A DNA stretch of 60,802 bases from a bacterium (GTDB lineage Bacteria; Patescibacteriota; Minisyncoccia; Portnoybacterales; UBA2143). The stretch covers positions 1 to 60,802 of the forward strand of contig JBDRFK010000011.1 of NCBI GenBank assembly GCA_043818835.1, given 5' to 3'. Position numbers and translations under genes: made by a program. Below are positions 35,111 through 45,168 of the stretch, piece by piece (positions within the stretch are counted from its first letter, which is position 1; every line of letters begins with the position of its first letter). The notes under the pieces are model-generated. The model had not been told where the DNA came from and searched no databases. It saw nothing but the letters and a program-made list of their open reading frames with translations.

Positions 35111-36664
35111 ATAGACATGCTAAAGCAGGAAATTACTGAAATAATAGAAAAAATTGTTGGGCAAAAAGTGGAATTGGAACATCCGGCTAATTTAGAATTT
35201 GGTGATTATTCTACTAATATTGCTTTGAAAGCAAAAATTGATGCTAAACAGCTTGCTGAAAAATTATCTAAAAATGAAATATTTGAAAAAGTAGAAGTCG
35301 CTGGGCCGGGTTTTATCAATCTTTATCTATCAAAAGGAATTTTACAAAAAGAACTAAAAAATATTTTAGAGACAGAAGATAAATATGGCGATCTGAAAAT
35401 TGGCAAAGGAAAAAAAATCCAAGTGGAATTTATTTCTGCCAATCCAACAGGTCTATTAACAGTTGCCAACGCTCGTGGCGGACCGTATGGCGATACATTG
35501 GCCAATGTCTTAAGAAAAGCAGGATACGAAACTAAAAAAGCATATTATGTGAATAATCATGGTGTGCAAATTTTGACTTTAGGGCATTCGGTTTTGAAAG
35601 ATAAAGAGGCACAATATAAAGGAGAGTATGTTGATAAACTGAATAAAGAAAATATAGAAACTGATCCGTATAAAGTTGGTCAATGGGCGGCGGAAAAAAT
35701 TGTCAAAGATTATTTAAAGAAAACTACTGATAAATTAGGTATAGAATATGATGATTGGTTTTTTGAATCAGAAATTCATGAATCGGGTTGGGTTGATGAA
35801 ACGTTGGATAATTTAAAAAAAGATGATTTAACTTATGAAGCAGATGGCGCGACATGGTTTAAGTCAGAACAATTAGGCGATAATCGTGACAGGGTAATTA
35901 TTAAGAAAGATGGAAAAAAAACATATTTGGCAGGTGATATCGCTTATCATCGTTATAAGTTTGAAAAAGATAAATTTGATAAAGTGATAAATATTTGGGG
36001 CGCTGATCATCATGGTGATATCGCTGGTTTGATGGCGGGCGTTGAAGCAATTGGTCATAAAGATAAATTAGAAATCATTTTGCTCCAATTTGTAACCTTG
36101 CTTGAGAAAGGAGAAAAGAAAAGAATGTCCAAGCGTGCCGGTGTTTATGTTTTGATGGATGAATTATTGGACGAGGTTGATAAAGATGCGGTGCGATTTA
36201 TGTTTTTGCAAAAATCTCCGGATACACATTTGAATTTTGATATTGCTTTAGCTAAGGAGCAGTCAAAAAATAATCCTGTATTTTATGTCCAATACGCGTA
36301 TGCGAGGATTTGCAGTATTTTGAATAATAGTCCTGTATGGATTGGCAAGGGTACTTCTTTGTGGGTTATTAAAAATAGCGAATTAAATTTATTAACTCAC
36401 TTATCAGAATTAAACTTAATTCGTCAATTAGTAAAATATCCAGAAATAATTGAAATGACGGCAAATGATTATCAGGTTCAGCGTTTACCTCAATATGCGA
36501 TGGATTTGGCTGGTGATTTTCATAGATTTTATGAAAGTTGTCGGGTGATGGATATTGATAATCAAGATTTGACATATGCACGATTAAGTTTATTGCAATC
36601 AACTCAAATTGTATTAAAAAATATTTTAGATTTAATAGGCGTTGATGCGCCGGAGAAGATGTAA
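35105..36664 (+). CDS. argS: Arginyl-tRNA synthetase
   Basis: SANPTGLLTVANARGG, RMSKRAG, and C-terminal anticodon-binding region. The true start may be the second Met (35117). Confidence 0.95.
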   Translation: MTIDMLKQEITEIIEKIVGQKVELEHPANLEFGDYSTNIALKAKIDAKQLAEKLSKNEIFEKVEVAGPGFINLYLSKGILQKELKNILETEDKYGDLKIGKGKKIQVEFISANPTGLLTVANARGGPYGDTLANVLRKAGYETKKAYYVNNHGVQILTLGHSVLKDKEAQYKGEYVDKLNKENIETDPYKVGQWAAEKIVKDYLKKTTDKLGIEYDDWFFESEIHESGWVDETLDNLKKDDLTYEADGATWFKSEQLGDNRDRVIIKKDGKKTYLAGDIAYHRYKFEKDKFDKVINIWGADHHGDIAGLMAGVEAIGHKDKLEIILLQFVTLLEKGEKKRMSKRAGVYVLMDELLDEVDKDAVRFMFLQKSPDTHLNFDIALAKEQSKNNPVFYVQYAYARICSILNNSPVWIGKGTSLWVIKNSELNLLTHLSELNLIRQLVKYPEIIEMTANDYQVQRLPQYAMDLAGDFHRFYESCRVMDIDNQDLTYARLSLLQSTQIVLKNILDLIGVDAPEKM

Positions 36665-36678
36665 TCTATAATTTATAG

Positions 36679-36724
36679 ATTCTCGGGTCTCCGCCAAAGG
36701 CGGACAAGAAGCCCGAGAATGACA
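36679..36724. repeat. Palindromic element (attctcggg...cccgagaatgaca)
   Basis: Arms ttctcggg/cccgagaa, core ctccgccaaaggcggac. The right terminus contains the first ATG of the ileS ORF. Confidence 0.85.
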
Positions 36725-39700
36725 ATTGATATGAACGAAACAGCACGTAATGAAAAAAAAGTTTTAAAATTTTGGGAACGAGAAAATATTTTTGCCAAAT
36801 CGGTAAAACAAAGAAAAGGCAAAAAGTTTTTCAGTTTCTATGATGGCCCCCCTTTTGCGACGGGTTTGCCTCATTATGGGCATATTTTAGCAACGACGAT
36901 TAAGGATTCTGTTTTACGTTATTGGACAATGCGTGGTTATCAAGTTCCTCGCCGAGTTGGTTGGGATTGCCATGGTTTACCAGTAGAAAATTTAATTGAG
37001 AAAGAATTAAATTTTAAAAGCAAAAAAGATATTGAAGAATTTGGTATAGACAAATTTAACAAAGTTTGCCGTCAATCTGTTTTTCGTTGTACTTCGGATT
37101 TTATTAAAACTCTTCGCCGCGTGGGGCGATGGGCAGATTATTCTGATGCTTACGCTACAATGGATAACGAATATATAGAATCTGTTTGGTGGGTATTTAA
37201 ACAACTTTGGGAGAAGGGTTTAGTTTACAAAGATCATCGAGTAACACCATATTGTCCGCGCTGCGGGACTCCGCTGTCAAACTTTGAACTTAACCAACCG
37301 GGTGCATATCAAGATGTTCAGGATCAGTCAGCGTATGTGAAGTTTAAGTTGAAAGATTCTTCTGTCATTCCCGTGAAAACGGGAATCCAGTTAGAATCAA
37401 AGGATATAGATTCCCGCTTTCGCGGGAATAACAACGAAGGAAGCGGGAATGACAATGTGGACAGTGGTAATACATATCTTTTAATCTGGACGACAACACC
37501 ATGGACTTTAACAGCGAACGTGGCGGTGGCTGTTGGAAAGAAAATTAAATACGTTAAGGTTAAAACCAATAAAGAATATCTAATTTTGGCTGAAAGTCGA
37601 TTAGATGTCTTAGATGATGAATATGAAATTATAGAAAAAATTTCTGGTAAAAAATTAATTGGTTTGGAATATGAACCGGTTTATAAATTAGATTATGATA
37701 AACCAGCGTATAAAGTGGTTGATGCTGATTATGTAACTACAGAAGATGGAACAGGATTAGTGCACCTTGCTCCTTTTGGCGAAGACGATTCGGTGATTAT
37801 TAAGAAAGAAAAATTGCCAACAATTATTACGGTTGATAAAGAAGGTAAAATCATTATGGGATTAAACTTGCCGGGCGAAGGTGTTTTTGTTAAAAAAGCT
37901 GATAAAGATATTAAAGAAGATTTAACAAAAAGAAAGTTGCTATATAAGGAAGAAACTATCACACACAGTTATCCATTCTGCTGGCGATGTGATACGCCGT
38001 TACTGTATTATCCAATAGACAGTTGGTATGTGGCGGTAACTAAATTTAAAAAACAATTAGTAGCAAATAATAAAAAAATTCACTGGATGCCAGAGTATCT
38101 AAAAGAAGGTCGTTTTGGAAAATGGCTGGAAGGTGCAAGAGATTGGTCTGTTTCGCGAAACCGTTTTTGGGGGGCGCCGATTCCTGTTTGGGAATGTGAT
38201 AAATGTAACGAAGTCAAAGTTGTCGGTAGTATAAAAGAGCTTAAAAAAGATATCAAAGATATACATCGACCAATGATTGATGCTGTGCAATTCAAATGTA
38301 AATGCGGTGGCGAAATGAAGCGGGTGCCAGAAGTTTTTGATTGTTGGTTTGAATCTGGTTCTATGCCGTATGCGCAATGGCATTATCCATTTGAGAACAA
38401 AAAAATGGTTGAAGATACTTATCCAGCAGATTTTATTGCCGAAGGATTGGATCAAACTCGTGGTTGGTTTTATACATTACATGTCTTGGCCACTGCATTA
38501 ACATTAAAGGGTGATAAATTGGGCAAAAATCAGCCAGCATTTAAAAATGTGATTGTTAATGGATTAGTTTTAGCAGAAGATGGTAAAAAACTTTCTAAGC
38601 GATTAAAAAACTATACTGCGCCTGATGAAATTTTTGAAAAATATGGCGCTGATGCTTTGAGATACTTTTTATTAGCTTCAACACAGATTGGTGAAGATTA
38701 TCTCTTTTCTGATAAGCGTGTAGCCGAAGTTTATCGCCGAACGATTATGACATTGTGGAATTCTTTTGTTTTTTTTGATACATATTCAGATTTGTCATTG
38801 CGAGGAGCGAGCATAAGCGAGCGACGAAATAATCTTGTGGCAAATCAGACGGGATTGCCACGCTCCTTGCGGTCGCTCGCAATGACAAAGCTTGATAAGT
38901 GGATTTTATCAAGATTAAATAATACTATTGCTGAAACGACAGAATGGATGAACAAATATGATTTAACAAAAGCGGTTCGTCTTTCAGATGGATTGATTGA
39001 TGACTTGTCTAATTGGTATATTCGTCGTTCTCGCCGCCGACTTCAAAAACCAGAAACGCCAGAGGAAAAAGAACAAGCTACACAAGTTTTTTATCATTGT
39101 TTGATGGAAATTATTAAATTGATGTCGCCGTTTACACCGTTTATTACAGAAACAATTTACCAAAGATTAAAACAAAAAGGCGATGCTGAAAGTGTCCATC
39201 TTTGTGATTATCCAAAAGCAAATAAAAAATTAATTGATAATAAATTAGAAGAAGAAATGTTTACGGTTCGTGATATTGTTAATTCTGTTTTAAAAGAAAG
39301 AACCGATAAAGGAATTAAAGTTCGCCAACCGTTGGGCAAATTAACGATTGATAATAAGAATATTGTTGAAGATAAAGATTTGGTAGAGTTAATTAAAGAC
39401 GAGGTGAATGTTAAAAATATTGTTTTTGGCAAGAAGATTGAATTAGATACTAAGATTACGCCGGAATTAGAAGCCGAAGGGCTAGTGCGTGAATTAGTTC
39501 GCTTTATTCAGAAAATGAGAAAAGATGGAGGATTAAATCCTCAAGATAAAATTTATTTGCGATACAATACCGAATCGTCTTTCTTGAAAAATATTTTAGC
39601 GAATAATTTAACAGAGATTGCTATGGAGGTTGGCGCAAATAAAACCGAAGAAACAACCGCGCGCAAAGAAGCATTCTTGGTTGAAAAAGAAACAGAATTC

Positions 39701-39739
39701 AATAGCCACAAGATTTGGCTGGGGATTAGAAAGAAATAG
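36719..39739 (+). CDS. ileS: Isoleucyl-tRNA synthetase carrying two in-frame repeat-element insertions
   Basis: PPFATGLPHYGH (HIGH), TTTPWTL (editing domain), KLSKRLKN (KMSKS). Confidence 0.95.
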   Translation: MTIDMNETARNEKKVLKFWERENIFAKSVKQRKGKKFFSFYDGPPFATGLPHYGHILATTIKDSVLRYWTMRGYQVPRRVGWDCHGLPVENLIEKELNFKSKKDIEEFGIDKFNKVCRQSVFRCTSDFIKTLRRVGRWADYSDAYATMDNEYIESVWWVFKQLWEKGLVYKDHRVTPYCPRCGTPLSNFELNQPGAYQDVQDQSAYVKFKLKDSSVIPVKTGIQLESKDIDSRFRGNNNEGSGNDNVDSGNTYLLIWTTTPWTLTANVAVAVGKKIKYVKVKTNKEYLILAESRLDVLDDEYEIIEKISGKKLIGLEYEPVYKLDYDKPAYKVVDADYVTTEDGTGLVHLAPFGEDDSVIIKKEKLPTIITVDKEGKIIMGLNLPGEGVFVKKADKDIKEDLTKRKLLYKEETITHSYPFCWRCDTPLLYYPIDSWYVAVTKFKKQLVANNKKIHWMPEYLKEGRFGKWLEGARDWSVSRNRFWGAPIPVWECDKCNEVKVVGSIKELKKDIKDIHRPMIDAVQFKCKCGGEMKRVPEVFDCWFESGSMPYAQWHYPFENKKMVEDTYPADFIAEGLDQTRGWFYTLHVLATALTLKGDKLGKNQPAFKNVIVNGLVLAEDGKKLSKRLKNYTAPDEIFEKYGADALRYFLLASTQIGEDYLFSDKRVAEVYRRTIMTLWNSFVFFDTYSDLSLRGASISERRNNLVANQTGLPRSLRSLAMTKLDKWILSRLNNTIAETTEWMNKYDLTKAVRLSDGLIDDLSNWYIRRSRRRLQKPETPEEKEQATQVFYHCLMEIIKLMSPFTPFITETIYQRLKQKGDAESVHLCDYPKANKKLIDNKLEEEMFTVRDIVNSVLKERTDKGIKVRQPLGKLTIDNKNIVEDKDLVELIKDEVNVKNIVFGKKIELDTKITPELEAEGLVRELVRFIQKMRKDGGLNPQDKIYLRYNTESSFLKNILANNLTEIAMEVGANKTEETTARKEAFLVEKETEFNSHKIWLGIRKK
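37364..37454. repeat. Composite palindromic element inside ileS
   Basis: gtcattcccgtgaaaacgggaatcc ... gattcccgctttcgcgggaataac ... agcgggaatgaca, translated as VIPVKTGIQ...SRFRGNN...GSGNDN. Confidence 0.85.
38794..38887. repeat. Palindromic element inside ileS
   Basis: gtcattgcgaggagcgagc ... gcggtcgctcgcaatgaca, translated as LSLRGASISERR...PRSLRSLAMT. Confidence 0.85.
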
Positions 39740-39750
39740 GATTATATATT

Positions 39751-39781
39751 TTGCTCCGGAGTTAACTCCGGAGCAAGTTTT
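39751..39781 (+). terminator. Intrinsic terminator of ileS
   Basis: ttgctccggagtt/aactccggagcaa followed by gtttt. Confidence 0.75.
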
Positions 39782-39902
39782 CAAGGCCTGATATATAAAG
39801 TTGGACCTTGTTTTAATTTTTAAAAAGAGTATTCTGGAATTAAATTAAAAAATATGTCTATTTTTAAAATAATTGGTGCTTTGGGCATAGTTTTCATATG
39901 CC

Positions 39903-39945
39903 CTCAGATTATCTAAGAAAGTGCAATATGTCTGTATAGATTACC
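39903..39945 (+). promoter_or_regulatory. Second copy of the 43-bp promoter-upstream element
   Basis: Identical to 140-182. Ends 7 nt before TTGACT. Confidence 0.6.
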
Positions 39946-39952
39946 TTTTTAA

Positions 39953-39981
39953 TTGACTTTTTGTTGTTTTGATAGTATTCT
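39953..39981 (+). promoter_or_regulatory. sigma70-like promoter of the 40027 gene
   Basis: TTGACT, 17 nt, TATTCT. Confidence 0.5.
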
Positions 39982-40026
39982 CTCATCAGAACCTTAACTA
40001 TAATCCATATTGAAGGAGGATTTGCT

Positions 40027-40812
40027 TTGTCAGATAAAAATTTAGTTGGTTTTTCAACAGGGTGCTTATACCGGACAGATATGAGTTTTAACGAAAAGAT
40101 AGATTTTATTGCCAAGACTGGCGCCAATGCGATTGAATTGGCATTTCCAATGCCGGAAGATATTATAAACTGGCATTGGGATTGGAACGGAAGAATAATA
40201 GAAATCATAAATAGTTTTAGTTTTGTTTCTGTTCATGCGCCGTGGATAGATGTTTCTTATCCAGGAGTCAATCCTGCCGATAAGTGTATCGTTGATGCAG
40301 TTTTTGAGAAGTTGCGTTATTTGTGTAAGGACATGTTAAATATCCAAGGGGTTGTTTTTCATCCAGATGTAATTATTGATTTTGGTGTTTTTTCTAACAT
40401 AGAGAAGAAGTCAATTTTTTTGGAAAACATGGATTCGAGTAAAAAAAGCGGCAAATATCCAGATGAATTTAGAAATTATTTGGGTGAATACAAAAACATC
40501 GGTATAGTTATAGATTTATTCCATACCCTTGAAAACGATCCTGAAATGGGTCAGGCTGAAGAGTTGATGGCGATAGGTGATGGTAGAATAAGCCACTTGC
40601 ACGTCAGTGGTGTGAATAGTCAAACTAGACATTCTCTATTATATCTTGCTGACGAACCAAGCCAATCAGCAATTATCAGAGGATTGGATATGATGATTAG
40701 TCCACTTTCCCCGATTATCTTAGAAGGTAAATTATATGGGTTAGGTGAAATAGATACTGTTGATGTCGCGCATAAGGAACTGGAGTTTGTGAGGCAATTG
40801 ATAGCAGAATAA
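40027..40812 (+). CDS. Xylose-isomerase-like TIM-barrel protein (sugar-phosphate isomerase/epimerase or EndoIV-like fold)
   Basis: TTG start after aaggaggatttgc. VSVHAPW, VVFHPD, LENM, IDLFH and HLHVSG are spaced like the metal ligands of this fold. Confidence 0.65.
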   Translation: MSDKNLVGFSTGCLYRTDMSFNEKIDFIAKTGANAIELAFPMPEDIINWHWDWNGRIIEIINSFSFVSVHAPWIDVSYPGVNPADKCIVDAVFEKLRYLCKDMLNIQGVVFHPDVIIDFGVFSNIEKKSIFLENMDSSKKSGKYPDEFRNYLGEYKNIGIVIDLFHTLENDPEMGQAEELMAIGDGRISHLHVSGVNSQTRHSLLYLADEPSQSAIIRGLDMMISPLSPIILEGKLYGLGEIDTVDVAHKELEFVRQLIAE

Positions 40813-40827
40813 CAATATTTTTTTAGG

Positions 40828-40856
40828 GCCCCGCTATAAACATAGCGGGGCTTTGA
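40828..40856 (+). terminator. Intrinsic terminator
   Basis: gccccgctat/atagcggggc followed by tttg. Confidence 0.65.
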
Positions 40857-40905
40857 TGTTTCTTGTATAATTAAATGTAAGAGTTTATGGTAATAAAAAA
40901 TAAAA

Positions 40906-41448
40906 ATGACTTATAAAACTCAAGGTATTATAATAAAAAAAAGAGACTTGTCAGAGGCGGATAGATTATTGACGATTTATACTAAAGATTTTGGCAAAAT
41001 TCTGGTGAAAGGAAGGGCGATTAAAAAAAGCCAAGCTAAACTAAAAGGGCATTTGGAACTTTTTATGTATAGCGATTTAATAATTGCTGAAGGTCGTAGT
41101 ATGGATGTTGTCATTGGAGCGGAAGAAATAGATGGTTTTCCGATTATTCATTATCACCTGCCTTCCTTGGCGGGCGCTTATTGTCTTTCTGAAATTGTTG
41201 ATAGATTGATTGCTGGTCCAGAATATGATCAAAACATCTGGCAACTAATTTTGTCTGCTTTTCAGGTGTCTGATTGTAGGGGGCAAAATATAGATTTGGT
41301 TTTAAAACGTTTCAGTATTAGGTTATTGGATTTCTTGGGTTATGGAGATTTTGGTCAGCAAGACCCATTTGAATTTATTTATTCACAATTAGGTTCAGAA
41401 ATTTATTCACTTGATTTTTTGAGAAATGTTAATTGTTTGGTAAAATAG
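40906..41448 (+). CDS. recO: DNA repair protein RecO (short form)
   Basis: TQGIIIKKRDLSEADRLLTIYTKDFGKI...KGRAIKKSQAKL. Confidence 0.8.
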   Translation: MTYKTQGIIIKKRDLSEADRLLTIYTKDFGKILVKGRAIKKSQAKLKGHLELFMYSDLIIAEGRSMDVVIGAEEIDGFPIIHYHLPSLAGAYCLSEIVDRLIAGPEYDQNIWQLILSAFQVSDCRGQNIDLVLKRFSIRLLDFLGYGDFGQQDPFEFIYSQLGSEIYSLDFLRNVNCLVK

Positions 41449-41452
41449 AAAC

Positions 41453-43324
41453 ATGGATTTAGAAGAATTACAAAAAAAAATATATAGACCTGGTTCTCAA
41501 TTTGAAGAACGACCAAAAACGCCGGAAACTTTTCAGGTAGGAAGAAAACAAGAAAAACGTGTTACTACAGAATGGCAAGAAGAAAAAAAGAAAGAACCGA
41601 TGTCGCCAAAGAAAAAAAATAAACTAATAATTTGGGGTTCAGTTGTTGGCGTATTGTTTTTTACTATAGCTGGTTTGTTAATTTGGAGAGGACTGACTTC
41701 TTTCGATAAAAGCAAAATAGCAATAACAATAACAGGCGCAGAAAAAGCATCAAGCGGAGAAGAAATTATTTATAAGATAGAATACAAAAATAATACTAGA
41801 TTAGATTTGTCTAATGTGCGTTTGGTCTTTTATTATCCAGAAAACTCTATTCCAAGCAATGGCGGGAAGACAATACAATCTTTTGATCTACCGAATTTAA
41901 GGGCAGGACAAGAAGAATCAATAAAGCTTTCAACAAAAATATTTGGAGTAATTAACGACAAGCAAGAAGCAAAATTAGAGCTTAGTTATCAACCAGGAAC
42001 AATATCGTCGCAATTTGTAAGTAAGACAAATTTTACTACAGAAATATCTTCAATACCATTAACCTTAAGTTTTGATTTGCCTGAAAAAATAGTTAGCGGT
42101 CAATTTTTTGAATTTTCATTAGATTATTTAAATCAAGCGAATACTTCGTTTGATAATATGCAAATTCAAATAGATTATCCATCTGGCTTTATTCTTGAAT
42201 CATCTATTCCAGAGCCAATCAAAGAAGACAATGTTTGGTCTGTGGGGTATTTGATGGGTCAACAACAGGGAAAAATTATATTGAGTGGTTCAATTGACGG
42301 TAGAACTGGTGATGTGAGGAATTTTAAAGCTACAATAGGCGAACTTGAAGAAGATAAATTTGTAACTTATACAGAAATAAATCAAGCATTAGAGATATCT
42401 TCTTCGCCGCTCTTTTTATCGCAGACGGTTAATGGAGGGATAGATTCTGTTGTTCAAGCGGGACAAAGATTAGATTATGTGATTAATTATAAGAATACAG
42501 CAGATGTTGGTATTAGAAATGTGTTTATTACTGTTAAGCTGCAGGGTGAAGCGTTGAATATGCCAAGTATTCAATTAGATAAGGGGTCTTTTAATGGAGC
42601 TACTAATGAGATTACTTGGAAGCCGAGTAATTTGCCAGACTTATCATACTTAGCTCCCAACCAAGAGGGGCAGGCATCTTTTTCAATTAAGGTGAAGGAT
42701 AATTTGCCAGTAAATGATTTAACTGATAAAAATTTTGTAATTGTCAGCGAAGCAGTAATTGATGCTCCTCAGAAACCAACTTCATTGCAGGATATTGAAA
42801 TTATTGGCACAAGTAAGATAGAAACAAAAATCATCAGTCAATTATTATTAAAATCAATGGGCTATTATTATGATAATATTTTTGCAAATAGTGGTCCTGT
42901 TCCTCCTCACGTTGGACAGACAACAACATATACTATTAAATGGCAGTTGGTTAATGTTGGCAATGATCTGAAAAATGTGGAAGTATCTGCTACTCTACCT
43001 CCTCATATTGAATGGCAGAACAAAACAAGCCCTTCAGGCGAGAATATAGTTTATAATGCTGACAGCGGAAAACTAATTTGGAGAATAGATTCTTTACCAG
43101 CGTCAACTGGCGTTCTTTTACCAGCAAAACAAGTTTCTTTTCAGATAGCGATTATTCCTGGCGTGGCACATGTGGGTAGTTTGATGGAATTGATAGGACA
43201 ATCTATAGTTCGTGGTCAAGATGACTTTGTTAATTTAGAACTCGCCGATGCGCAAGAAGCTATTGATACAGATTTGCCTGATGACTCACAGATCAGTCAT
43301 AGCGAAGGCGTGATAGTTGAATAA
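41453..43324 (+). CDS. Membrane-anchored protein with DUF11/CARDB-like beta-sandwich repeats
   Basis: N-terminal TM helix and repeated Y.I.Y.N....L.NV patterns. Confidence 0.65.
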   Translation: MDLEELQKKIYRPGSQFEERPKTPETFQVGRKQEKRVTTEWQEEKKKEPMSPKKKNKLIIWGSVVGVLFFTIAGLLIWRGLTSFDKSKIAITITGAEKASSGEEIIYKIEYKNNTRLDLSNVRLVFYYPENSIPSNGGKTIQSFDLPNLRAGQEESIKLSTKIFGVINDKQEAKLELSYQPGTISSQFVSKTNFTTEISSIPLTLSFDLPEKIVSGQFFEFSLDYLNQANTSFDNMQIQIDYPSGFILESSIPEPIKEDNVWSVGYLMGQQQGKIILSGSIDGRTGDVRNFKATIGELEEDKFVTYTEINQALEISSSPLFLSQTVNGGIDSVVQAGQRLDYVINYKNTADVGIRNVFITVKLQGEALNMPSIQLDKGSFNGATNEITWKPSNLPDLSYLAPNQEGQASFSIKVKDNLPVNDLTDKNFVIVSEAVIDAPQKPTSLQDIEIIGTSKIETKIISQLLLKSMGYYYDNIFANSGPVPPHVGQTTTYTIKWQLVNVGNDLKNVEVSATLPPHIEWQNKTSPSGENIVYNADSGKLIWRIDSLPASTGVLLPAKQVSFQIAIIPGVAHVGSLMELIGQSIVRGQDDFVNLELADAQEAIDTDLPDDSQISHSEGVIVE

Positions 43325-43345
43325 AATTTTGAAATTATAAAGCGA

Positions 43346-43374
43346 TAAGAGACCCTTAAGGTCTCTTATTTTTA
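43346..43374. terminator. Bidirectional terminator
   Basis: ataagagacc/ggtctcttat plus a T-run. Confidence 0.7.
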
Positions 43375-43386
43375 TTATAGTTATGT

Positions 43387-43728
43387 TTAACTACAAATAG
43401 ATAATTGTTCATTTGTAGTTCTATCATTTTTAATAATTGGTAATTGTTTTGATTTGATTGTTTTTCTTGTGAAAACCGCAGCACTATCAGATGATCGGCA
43501 TTTGAAATCATGATTAAATTTCATACCAAATACGCCTAAAAAATTCACTATTAATTTTACAGCTTTAAAACTGCAAAGCATATTAAATATTTTTTCGTTT
43601 GTATTGCTATATGCAGTAAGCTTATTTTCTTTGTACACCAAAGTATGAACATCTCTTAATTTATCTGGATCAAAATTATCTTTATATTGCTTTTCATCTC
43701 TATTATGATGATGTTCTTCTTGACACAT
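43387..43728 (-). CDS. Hypothetical protein (113 aa, His-rich N-terminus)
   Basis: aagggagga RBS directly upstream of the ATG. Confidence 0.55.
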   Translation of the reverse strand: MCQEEHHHNRDEKQYKDNFDPDKLRDVHTLVYKENKLTAYSNTNEKIFNMLCSFKAVKLIVNFLGVFGMKFNHDFKCRSSDSAAVFTRKTIKSKQLPIIKNDRTTNEQLSICS

Positions 43729-43862
43729 ATATCCTCCCTTACATTAGTTGGATTAAAGATATTAAAGACAAATTTATTAAGGTTCTATTGTAATCATATT
43801 CTCGTATTTTGAGTAAGTCAAATTGGACTTTAAAAATTTTAAAAATATGGTAGAATGTCTAT

Positions 43863-45164
43863 ATGGATAAAATGGAAAAAATTATATCACTTTGTAAACG
43901 ACGGGGATTTGTCTATCCTTCGTCAGAGATTTATGGCGGATTGGCTAATGCTTATGATTATGGGCCATTAGGAACTGAACTTAAACGAAATATTAAGCGT
44001 GAATGGTGGAAATATTTTATTCAAGATAGGGAAGATATGGTTGGTATAGACGGTAATATTATTTTGAACCCAAAAATTTGGGAAGTTAGTGGACATATTA
44101 AAAATTTCAAAGATCCTCTTGTGGAATGTAAAAAATGCCATCATCGCTTTCGTCCAGATAAATTAGAAGATGTTTCAAAATGTCCAGATTGTGGCGGGGA
44201 ATTTACAGAACAGAAAATGTTTAGCGGGATGTTTAAGACGACCATTGGCGCTGTAGAGGAAGAAGGATTAACGGTATATTTGCGCCCAGAAACAGCGCAG
44301 GCAATTTTTGCTAATTTCAAAAATATTTTGGATTCAAATAACAAAAAGATTCCTTTCGGGATTGGGCAAATTGGTAAAGCATTTCGTAATGAAATTACTG
44401 CGGGTCAGTTTATTTTTCGTACTTTTGAATTTGAACAAATGGAAATAGAATATTTTATTCGCCCGGAGAGTGATTGGAATAAAGCTTTTGAAGAATGGTT
44501 AAAATACATTTATGGATTTGCTAAAAAAATTGGTTTAGATAAAAAGAATTTTTTTGATCATGAAATAAAAGTAGAAGAATTGGCGCACTATTCAAAAAGA
44601 ACTATTGACATAGAATATCAATTTCCGTTTGGGCAAGATGAACTATGGGCGATAGCTTATCGTGGTGATTATGATTTATCTAATCATAAATTAGATTATT
44701 TTGACGATAATCCGTCAGCTGACGGAAAGAAACGATATACCCCACATGTTATTGAGCCGACTTTTGGCGTTGACAGGACTTTGTTAGCATTATTGACTAA
44801 AGCATACACGGAAGAAGAATTGGAAAATGGGGAGATAAGGACAGTATTAAAATTTAAGCCAAATATGGCTCCGTACAAGGCGGCTGTATTTCCGTTATTA
44901 AAAAATAAACCAGAATTGATTAAAAAAGCGCGTGAAGTTTTTGATTTATTAAAAATAGATTGGCATATTGAATTTGATGATAATGGGAATATTGGTAAGC
45001 GTTATCGTCGTCAAGACGAGATTGGCACGCCGTATTGTATAACTATTGATTTTGATAGTTTAGAAAAAGATGATGTTACGATTCGTGATCGCGATACAAT
45101 GAAGCAGGAAAGAATTAAAATTAAAGAATTAAGAAAATATTTAAAAGATAAATTAACAGTTTAA
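43863..45164 (+). CDS. glyQS: Glycyl-tRNA synthetase (class II, dimeric type)
   Basis: RGFVYPSSEIYGG, LRPETAQ, GKRYRRQDEIGTPYCITID. Confidence 0.95.
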   Translation: MDKMEKIISLCKRRGFVYPSSEIYGGLANAYDYGPLGTELKRNIKREWWKYFIQDREDMVGIDGNIILNPKIWEVSGHIKNFKDPLVECKKCHHRFRPDKLEDVSKCPDCGGEFTEQKMFSGMFKTTIGAVEEEGLTVYLRPETAQAIFANFKNILDSNNKKIPFGIGQIGKAFRNEITAGQFIFRTFEFEQMEIEYFIRPESDWNKAFEEWLKYIYGFAKKIGLDKKNFFDHEIKVEELAHYSKRTIDIEYQFPFGQDELWAIAYRGDYDLSNHKLDYFDDNPSADGKKRYTPHVIEPTFGVDRTLLALLTKAYTEEELENGEIRTVLKFKPNMAPYKAAVFPLLKNKPELIKKAREVFDLLKIDWHIEFDDNGNIGKRYRRQDEIGTPYCITIDFDSLEKDDVTIRDRDTMKQERIKIKELRKYLKDKLTV

Positions 45165-45168
45165 TAAT

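Noticed and set aside
35105-36733. Shared MTIDM N-terminus of ArgRS and IleRS as evidence of paralogy or a shared leader peptide
   Set aside because: The identity comes from the AATGACA terminus of the upstream repeat elements, not from common protein ancestry.
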